Of a stretch of 64,000 bases of DNA, positions 55,251-64,000 are shown one piece after another. The position numbers and the translations under genes were made by a program. Position 1 is the first letter of the stretch. Each line of letters starts with the position of its first letter. The notes under the pieces are model-generated. The model was not told the DNA's origin. It did not search any database and saw only the letters and a list, made by a program, of their open reading frames with translations. The stretch is from assembly GCF_009914755.1 (NCBI RefSeq), contig NC_060926.1; one strand, 5' to 3'. This DNA comes from the human T2T-CHM13v2.0 reference genome, Homo sapiens.

Positions 55251-56769
55251 TATTTGAGACAAAATTATTTCCTAAAGTATAAAATTACTAAAAAGATTTT
55301 GTCAAGTATTCTGATTTTATTTTTAAAATCTCAGAAATATTATAGATTTTCATCTCACTTTAAAAAATTTTTTGTCTTTTTAAAGATGCCAAAATATTTA
55401 AGATTTGGACAAAAAATACATTCATTCATTAGTTATTCAAAAGTGACAGATTTTGCTGTATTTAAATGCTTCATTTTTGGAAAATTAAAATTGTACTTGT
55501 CCTACAAATTCATATGGAAACTATGTTATAATTTTTAAAGCTCTTGGGATTTTTTTTTAGTTTAATTATTTTTGCATGCATTGGTGAAAAAAGCATTAGA
55601 TAAAATCCTGTTATACGGTAGGTACATTATTCCGCTCAAAAAGCACAGAACTTTCAGGAAACAAAAAGTCCGTAAGAGGGATTACACAACTAATAGTTTC
55701 AAAAGCAAAATCTGTAGAAGTGACACACAAGACGCTGCACCTTGTCTTCTGTTGTGCATCTATTGTGGTCATGTATTATGATCTTTAACTTTATTTTAAG
55801 AAAACAGTTGCTCTTCTATAATCATCATTGGCCAAATCACCACTTCCAACCACTTTTTTTCTCCACCCCTATGTCCATTCTCATAAAATGTGGTATATTC
55901 TCCCCAAAGCCTTCTTAATGCAAGGCCATGTGTGCATATTGGAGTTTAGATAAAGAATGCTGGCCTCTTCACTGTTTACTGATTGTATCACAAGCTCCCC
56001 TGACCGGCTGGCACATATGCAGCCTCTAAAGGTTCTAGGGCTTGATTTGTATGTAGCCTCTTAATTCATATGTATGAAGCCACTGCCATATATTACAGGG
56101 GCAGGGCCATCCCTTCTATAAATTATGAAATCAGTTGGAAAGCCTGATTGTTTGTTAGTGAATGTGAACTCCTTGAACATTAATCCACCCCAGGCTGCAG
56201 TCAACAAAGTCCTGGCATTGAGCCAACCCACCAGCAGTGGATCACTTTTGACTGCAAGTCAGGTTCACTGAGTTGGACAAGTGTGGAAGATTGATCGCAG
56301 AGTAGTCCACACGCCTCTGGTAGGATGTGAAGGAAAGTGGTAACTTCAGACTGAAGAAACTCAAGAGAGACTCAGCAGAATATCTTCATGGAGACCCTGA
56401 CAGTTGAGAAGTAGCAGCAGCAAAAGCCAGATCTTTCTGGCATACAGAAATCAGAGATAGAGTGGCAGAGACATCAGGGAAGGGAGCAGGAGGCAAAACA
56501 GCTCCAGGCCCACAAAGCATAAGGATCCAAGAGGCAGAAAGTGGTGAAATAAGGACATGCATGATGAGCACATCAGACCTAGAGGAGCGTGTGTGTGCGT
56601 GTGTGCATGCGCGCACTAATGCCAGATACACCTGCCAGAAAGGAGGCCAGCTTCTTCTTACAGTTAACCCATTTGTTAGTAGTGTCATTATTTTTGAAGT
56701 CTTCCCTAAATCTTATGATTACATTTTTTAAATTTGCTATAAAAAATAATGTATGACCTTTGTTTAAAA

Positions 56770-56882
56770 GTAATATATATGCATATATGTTTATACATAT
56801 ACATATACACACATGTTTATATATACATATACACACACATAGACATATACATGTATATACATATACATTCACATATGTATAA
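56770..56882. repeat. Degenerate (TA/CA)n low-complexity tract
   Basis: ATATATATGCATATATG...ATACATATACACACACAT. Confidence 0.85.
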
Positions 56883-57355
56883 TTATCCTGAACTGTATGC
56901 AGTGTATAAGATCAAATGCAAAATCTCCAATACCATCTGCTCTCTCACCTTATTCCCAAGATATAACCGCTATGAGCTAAAGATTTCATCAAGTTTTCTC
57001 TTTCCCTCTTTGAAGCGTTTCTCAAACTTCCCCTTTGTTCTTTTTCTCCAAGAAAATAGCATTCTTTGAACTCATACCTTCCAGAATAAGGGGAGCAGCT
57101 TTCTAGCGTTAATCTCTGTACTCACCAGCCTCCAGCCACTACCAGACTATTCTTCCTAGAGTACCATTTTCCCTTAGAAAGCCCCAACCACTCTCCCCAG
57201 TGCCTACCACACTGAGTCCAGCCCTCCATCACCCATCCTTATGAAGCCACATTCCCTACCTGGATCTTCTATACAGCTAGGCCCACCTCAACATTTACCT
57301 TCTTCTTTCTTCCCTTGGGCTTGTGCCCCCGCTGTCCCTCTACCTGGTACTCCAT

Positions 57356-57903
57356 TGTCGGAGGCCTGTGAACCAGAGCAACTCTGTCTTGAATAGGAGC
57401 TGGGTGAAATGAGGCTGAGACCTACTGGGCTGCATTCCCGGACAGTTAAGGCATTCTAAGTCACAGGATGAGATAGGATGTTAGCACAAGATACAGGTCA
57501 TAACACCTTGCTGATAAAACAGGTTGCAGTAAAGAAGCCAGCTAAAACCTACCAAAACCAAGATGACGATGAGAGCGACCTCTGGTCATGCTCACTGCTA
57601 CACCCCCACCAGCACCATGACAGTTTACGAATGCCATAGCAACATCAGGAAGTTACCCTACATGGTCTAAAAAGGGGAGCCATGAATAATCCACCCCTTG
57701 TTTAGCAAATAATCAAGAAATAACCATAAAAATGGGTAACCAGCAACCCTTGGGGCTGCTCTGTCTATGGAGTAGCCATTCTTTTATTCTTCCACTTTCT
57801 TAATAAACTTGCTTTCACTTTATGGAACTCACTCTGAATTCTTTCTTGCGCAAGGTTCAGGAACCCTGTCTTGGGGTCTGGATCAGACCCCTTTCCTGTA
57901 ACA
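57356..57903 (+). mobile_element. MER41A-like ERV1 solo LTR, TSD CCAT
   Basis: TGTCGGAGGCCTGTGAACCAGAGCAACTC...GGAAGTTACCCTACATGGTCTAAAAAGGGG...GGGGTCTGGATCAGACCCCTTTCCTGTAACA; length ~548 bp; CCAT at 57352-57355 and 57904-57907. Confidence 0.92.
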
Positions 57904-59689
57904 CCATCACTATGCACCAGCCTATCTTCCTCTCATCTCCTCTTTGCTCATCTCTGTCTTTCCTATTCTCCACTGCCCACCTCTCACTCTGCTTCCTCTA
58001 TGAAACATCCCTACTTCTCCAGCTCAGCAGCCCTCTCCTTTCCCTAAATACCTATTGAGCCATGTGTTTTAGCATTTACTGGTTTTCTAATTATTTTGAG
58101 AGTGTTAGTCCTATTTCTTCCAATTAGAAATAAATCTCTTGAGGTTGGGGAACTTGCCTTAATAATTCTGTTGGCCCCGCAATACCTGGCACCAAGATAA
58201 ACACATGGGAAAACACAACACATAAATGTGTAGAAAATGGTCACATGCGTAGGAAACACACAGGAAACAGCCAGACATAGAGCAAGTTTACTTTTCACTT
58301 AAGTGCTTATCTCCCCATTATTTTGTATGTAGGACCAGCTTTTACTTTTTTGGTTTTGGCTTATGACTTTGGCTCATTCCTTTTTATGTGGTCATTAAAG
58401 TTGAGGTGGAATTACCTTTAGGGCAAGGTCACTAACTGGCCGGGTAGATTAACTGCACCTTTCTTTTCAGGGATGCAAATTTTTGTTTAATGTGTCTTAG
58501 AAATTTGGGAAGATACTCTTAACTCTCAAAAAATCAGCCCTTAGAGGCACAGCAGGTAATTAGGTTCCACCTAAGGTTTGAGATCTCCTAGATTTTAACC
58601 TTAAACATTTAGCCCATATGCCAATTTAACAAATCATGAAACACATTCTTCTTCTTATGTTAATGTAGAGGAAAATTTTAAAGAAAAGGGTAAATCTACT
58701 GGTGTATGGCATATGGAGGTCGAGATCCCACATAGATTTTCAGCATTAAGGCAGAACAAATGGACTGCAAGACTACAAAGAAAACAAATTCAGAGCAGTA
58801 ACCTTTTGAGAACCGCCAAATTGCTGGCAAGATGAAAATGGAGTTTGCATCTGAGAAATTATGCAGCGTTGTGCTTTTTGGAGGAAGGTACAGCACAGAG
58901 GGGTATATGTGTTTTCTTTCAAAACTCTATTTTTAATATTCATAATGACACTAACTGAAGCAAATGTGACTACATGTAGAATATTCAGTAAATGGTAAAT
59001 GATGGTGGTGGTGGTGAGGAGTTTGGAGGAAACTAAATGGAAATAGAGGCTCTGGTGGACCACGTATATTTTTGAAATATCAAACAGACACATTCAGCCT
59101 GGATGCTGAAGATCACTATGCAGGGTGAGAAGAAAGTCGAAAATTTGCCCAGAAAAAGTCTGAAAGACATCACAGCAAATGGCAGGCTGGATCTCAGCAG
59201 CATAAAAGAAAGAAATGTATGAAAGAAAATGTCTCTCTGCATATCATAAAGACAGCAAGATTTCCAACATATGCTGCTATTTTAGTCTTTCATTTGGCAG
59301 ACCATTTGTGACTAGTTATGGGTGGGGTTGTTCTTGCATGTATGTTTCTGCCAAGTATGATGAATGCTCAGACTATTTTTCCTGACCTTACATGCATTGA
59401 CTTCTCCTTTTTTCTTCCTCATGTGCCCTATCCTGATGTTTGCTATCAGATAGGGTTCCCAGGCAGCTCCATATAGGATCGTATCAGAGACAGAGAGAGT
59501 AATTTAGTTTAGATAAAATGAGTTCATTTCAGAAATGTGTTTCCTTATTTCATTTACTTGTTTTGTCACACACAAGAGAGCAAGCCAATGAGAATCTAAG
59601 TAACATAAGATTAATAAAGAGGCAAACACACACCAATAAAGACTCAATTCTTACATCCATCCCTTTCTTTCCGAGGCCTTAAACAAATA

Positions 59690-60290
59690 ATGCATATGTG
59701 TTTTTCCATAGTTGCCATCAGTGTGTGTATTTCATCTTCAGATTCATTTTTTTCACTTATATATTTCTACATATGGATAAATCTCACAAATTTTTATTTT
59801 ACTATTTTAATAAGAATGACGTTCTGAATTCTTAACATACCACAGCTTGTCTAGCTCTTCCCCTTTTGTAGTGCATCTCAGGCACTATAAAATCCTGCCA
59901 TTGTATACATCAATGATACAAACATCTTTGTAAGATAGCACTCATTTATGTCATCCTTGGGTTATTCTCTTTGAGGCATTTTTTTCCTAAACTGGAATTC
60001 CTGCATGAAAGAAAAATAAACTCTTGTTCAGAAGCTCTCATAACCTACTTCCAAATGGTTCTCCAGAAAGCTTTAGTCAATTTTTTACGGCAACAGCCAT
60101 TGGACGTGAGCCTGCCTTCTCATAGCCCTGATGAAATTCAGCTTCTTCATATTTATTCATTTTTGCTAATTTGAGACATTTATTGAATGAGTTAATTCTT
60201 ATTTCTCTAATCTCAACAAAGATTGGGGTTTTAATGTAATTATTTACTGAATTTATTTCTTCATGTATTAACTCTCTATTCATCTCTTTC
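59690..60290 (-). mobile_element. Ancient L1M fragment
   Basis: AAACATCTTTGTA...TTCCAAATGGTTCTCCAGAAAG...TTTTTGCTAATTTGA; degenerate. Confidence 0.5.
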
Positions 60291-60434
60291 GCAATTAATC
60301 ACTGCAAGGTTGTAGACTGTTTTTACAACTTGCAGTCAGGACACGGACTCCAGCCCCTTGAAAGGGTCTTTATCGCTTTTGAACACTTATTAACTTGTAT
60401 GTTTATTTGAATTCTACATATCTTTTTAAAGGAG

Positions 60435-60670
60435 ACAGAGAGAATAGGTGTTGAAAGCATAGCTCTGGAGCCAAACTCCTGGATTTGAACTTAGTCTCTG
60501 CCCCTTATTGGTTAGTAAGTTCATGTAAGTTGTTCAATCACTCTGTGCCTCAATTTTCTCATCTGTATAAAGATGATAATAATAAAACCTATCCCATGGA
60601 GTTGCTTTGAAAAGTAAATGGGCCAAGATATGTAAAGTGCTTAAAACAGTGGTTAGCACATAGTAAATCT
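60435..60670 (+). mobile_element. MIR
   Basis: GCTCTGGAGCCAAAC...CTCTGTGCCTCAATTTTCTCATCTGTA...TGTAAAGTGCTTAAAACAGTG. Confidence 0.85.
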
Positions 60671-61246
60671 GTGTGTTTATCATTATACATAAGCCATTGA
60701 TTTTAAGTTTACAACTTATTTTCCCACTGTGTGACTTTCATTGTGGTATTTATTCTATGATACCTATTTTAGAATATAAATATATCCAAGTGTGCCTTTT
60801 TATTGCTAGAGAAAGTGTTGCTTTATAACAACCCTTTGATAATTTGGAGTTTGTTGGCTCTATGGTATTATAGTATATCTTCAAGTAGAGATGATATTCA
60901 AAATCGTTAACAATTGCTTCAGAAATCAGAAATCAATCCAAATATTTAACAATTGAAAGGAATCAACCAACCAGAACCAGACACTCACTAATCAGAACAG
61001 AGCCAACAAATCAGGACTTAATAGCAACCAGTGAGAATATACAGGCTAAATATCATTGCTGCGCTCCAGTTACTTCTTTTCTGTGCTGTTCAGTTGTTCT
61101 ATGTATTAAAGTGTATTTAATCATAAATTCTCTCTGAAGGATGATATTACTTCTGATTTGTAATATGGTCATTTCTTCTTCCAATAGGAATATTTAGATG
61201 ATTTAAATGTGTTTAAAATACCTGTTTTACCTTTTACGGCTAACTA

Positions 61247-61295
61247 TTAGGTTAGTACAAATGCAAAAACCGCAATTACATTTGCACTAACCTAT
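61247..61295. mobile_element. Internally deleted MADE1 (Hsmar1 MITE)
   Basis: TTAGGTTAGTACAAA...GCAAAAACCGCAATTACATTTGCACTAACCTA, flanked by TA. Confidence 0.85.
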
Positions 61296-61926
61296 ACTTA
61301 AAACATCTAGCTGTAGTTAAGTACCACAGTAATTGCACAATAATTCCAGGAATAAGCAAAGTTAGCTTGCTATGGAGCCTTCAAATGGAATATTTAATGT
61401 ATACAAGCCATTGAGTCACACAACATAGATTCAGATATTGCCTTCACAATGTCAAAACCTTCTAATAAAATATGAGAAAGACATTGAAAATTCTTTTTCT
61501 TCATGTGTTATAATAAATATTGAGATGTTTGGAAGCCCCTGGCTGTTAAGAATGAGCAATATGTTTGCCATTGTGTAAGCACAGCTATGGACTCTGGTTA
61601 TCAAAAAGTGCATTGATGAGCAAATAGAACACACTCCACCAATTGTTATTGACAGAATTCTGTCATTGCAAGTGCCTGTTCCACTGATGTGTGCTATTTT
61701 ATTTTTCTCAGAGAAGTGAAGGAATAATTGTAAGCTGTCTCTTTGGCTTATGTACGGTTTGTACCCCCATTTCTTTCTCCACCTCTTTGATAGTTCTCAG
61801 ATTTCAGTAACTGCTTCTTACTAGCCATGTGCTGCAGAGCATGGTGCTCAGAAAAAGTTAAATAAAAAGAAAGCGCATTGACAGATCATATTCGCAAAGA
61901 GTCCAGGACTGTCTATAAGGACTGTT

Positions 61927-62216
61927 ATGATTTGTTAAAATGGCATATGGGCTAAATGTTTAAGGTTAAAATCTAGGAGATCTCAAACCTTAGGTGGAAC
62001 CTAATTACCTGCTGTGCCTCTAAGGGCTGATTTTTTGAGAGTTAAGAGTATCTTCCCAAATTTCTAAGACACATTAAACAAAAATTTGTATCCCTGAAAA
62101 GAAAGGTGCAGCTCTTTCCTTTCCCTAAATACCTATTGAGCCATGTGGTTTAGCGTTTACTGGTTTTCTAATTATTTTGAGAATGTTAGTCCTATTTCTT
62201 CCAATTAGAAATAAAT
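61927..62216. repeat. Composite duplication: inverted copy of 58453-58637 plus direct copy of 58027-58135
   Basis: 185 bp with 2 mismatches and 109 bp with 5 mismatches, overlapping by GCAG at 62108-62111. Confidence 0.97.
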
Positions 62217-62639
62217 TTTTTCTACGCTGTCTCTTCCCTTTTAACTTTTGATCAATGTGTTTCACTGTGTGCATGTTTTCCTGACACTTTTGAACATAAC
62301 TGTAGGTAATACAGTGTGGACCATACTGTTAGAGGGGCATTCCCAGGGTTCCAGGAGGTAGACTAATAGTCAGCACAAGGTAAGTGAGATCTGATACGCG
62401 AAAAGTCACCTTGAGAGATATGGCTCAAATTGAAAGCAACAAGATCAGATCTTGGCAATGACCAATCAGTGGTGTTAACATTTTCTAAGAAAGCATGTGT
62501 TAACACTATGGGATCAGCAGCTTGGAAATCCAGAAAATGAGTGTGAGAGGCAACGTTTTCAGAGTTCTTGTTACTCACCTGGGAGGAGAGGCCCATTGAT
62601 CAGTGAATGAAAGTGTATTAGATGCATCCCCAAGGAGCA

Positions 62640-62915
62640 GAGGGAGTGTATTGGGTAAAAATGGGGGTTAAGTCTATGTTCAAATCCCAGTTCTACCACT
62701 TACCAGTGACTTTAGACAAGTTACCTAACCCCTCTGGGCTTGTTTTCTTATCTGTAAGATGGGGGTGATGATAATAATACTGACATAATGGATAATAAAA
62801 TAAGTTAATATGTAAAAATGTTTAGAACACTGCCTAATGCATAAAGAACACAGAGGTGAATCATGATCCTGCAAGAGGTACCTAATACATAGTAAGCATT
62901 CAATAAGTGTTAACT
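62640..62915 (+). mobile_element. MIR with a 35-bp internal insertion
   Basis: TTCAAATCCCAGTTCTACCACTTACCAGTGACTTTAGACAAGTTACCTAACC...CATAGTAAGCATTCAATAAGTG. Confidence 0.85.
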
Positions 62916-64000
62916 ACTTTTTCTTGATGCCATTAAATGATAAATATCATTCTACTTTGATGACCTAGTCACAAAGTGACCCTCGGATTACCAAGTGCCT
63001 TCCCATGTAGATTTGCCTAATGAGACAGGATGTGCAATCTAAGAAAATGACTCTCCGGTCCAAGGAGGTGGTTTGAACTTTCATGGAAATTAATTTTCTG
63101 GTTTATAAATCATTTTGTTATGCGTTTGATTCGTAGCACTCTTCTGCGGAAAAAATAAGGACTGCTGTTTGGAACTGTAGTACTGAAAACCTGACTTTCA
63201 ATAAGGGTGAATCCATTAGGATATTATCCCTTTGCAGGCTTCTGCCCAGGTGACAAGAAGGACTATAGCAAGTCACAATCATATTCTCGAGTCAATTACT
63301 CATGAAATGAAACATACTAAGCTTGCATGAGAAAGTTCTAACAGAGACAAAAGGAGGTTACTTGATTTCTGAGTGTAGGTACCCTGAAGACTAAGACTTG
63401 CAGACCAGTAAAAGTCCCAGATTGTACAATAGTAGCTTTGAACCTCAGAATCAGAGTAACTCCGAGAATGACATGCAGCCATAGTGCCTTCCCATTAGCA
63501 TTAGTTACTGCTCAAGGAATTGCTTATTCCAGCAATGATATTGTATCCCCAAAAACATACAGTGCTTTTTGTTCTATTACTACTATTTAAATAATTTATT
63601 TTATTGTACCATCCATTATATTCACTGAATGGCTGTAGTTTGACAAGCATGGAGGTACAAATTTCTACCAAGCACCCCATGGATTGCAGAGGGTCTTAGG
63701 AAAAGGTCACTGAGTCTGCTGAAAACTTGCTGGAACAGTGAGGCAGGCCTTGTCTGAGACTGTGCTGGAAATCCCCACTGGGCAGATACCTTTCCTATGG
63801 CCTTATTAATTTAAAATTTAATAATTTTTCAGCATTTATTGCTTTGACAAGAAGTTCCCATTAGCCAAGAGAAAAACAGTAAAGATCTTTCCTCTAGTTT
63901 TAAATTAAATACTTTTTTATAGAATGCTATTGTTTGAAACCAAATGCCAGGACAATGATGCCATAGCTGGATTCAAGCTGCTGGCTGAATTCCAGGGAAA

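Noticed and set aside
57356-57903. MER41 as an interferon-inducible STAT1 enhancer
   Set aside because: Length and structure fit MER41A, which lacks the tandem GAS sites of MER41B. Only an imperfect TTCCCGGAC is visible.
58453-62216. Possibility that the local duplications are assembly artefacts
   Set aside because: The copies differ by scattered, mostly transition substitutions and have mechanistic junctions (microhomology, flanking duplications, a nested Alu). An artefact is unlikely but not formally excluded without reads.

Overview
Primate genomic DNA, probably catarrhine or human (AluJ/S/Y, L1PA, MER4A, MER41). The window is repeat-rich intronic or intergenic sequence. I found no supportable protein-coding gene, RNA gene or CpG island; every long ORF in the track is an L1, Alu, L2 or simple-repeat artefact. 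Main elements: a twin-primed (5'-inverted) L1PA of about 4.8 kb at 33562-38345; an L1PA nested in an old L1M at 16830-21280; solo LTRs MER4A and MER41 with 4-bp TSDs; many MLT1, MIR, L2 and hAT fossils. The most unusual signal is at least five independent, locally templated insertions of non-mobile DNA (38-290 bp, copied from 0.3-4.3 kb away, often inverted). Some are patchworks joined by microhomology and some are flanked by TSD-like duplications: 17083-17282, 28195-28412, 46600-46785, 49297-49665 and 61927-62216. They look like fossil template-switch or Pol-theta-type repair scars, and they create non-Alu inverted repeats of up to about 99% identity. Also noted: an AP-1 x3/TEAD motif cluster and two exon-like segments. 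Repeat subfamily names come from recalled consensus sequences, and identities were counted by eye. I see no convincing evidence of a new gene system.
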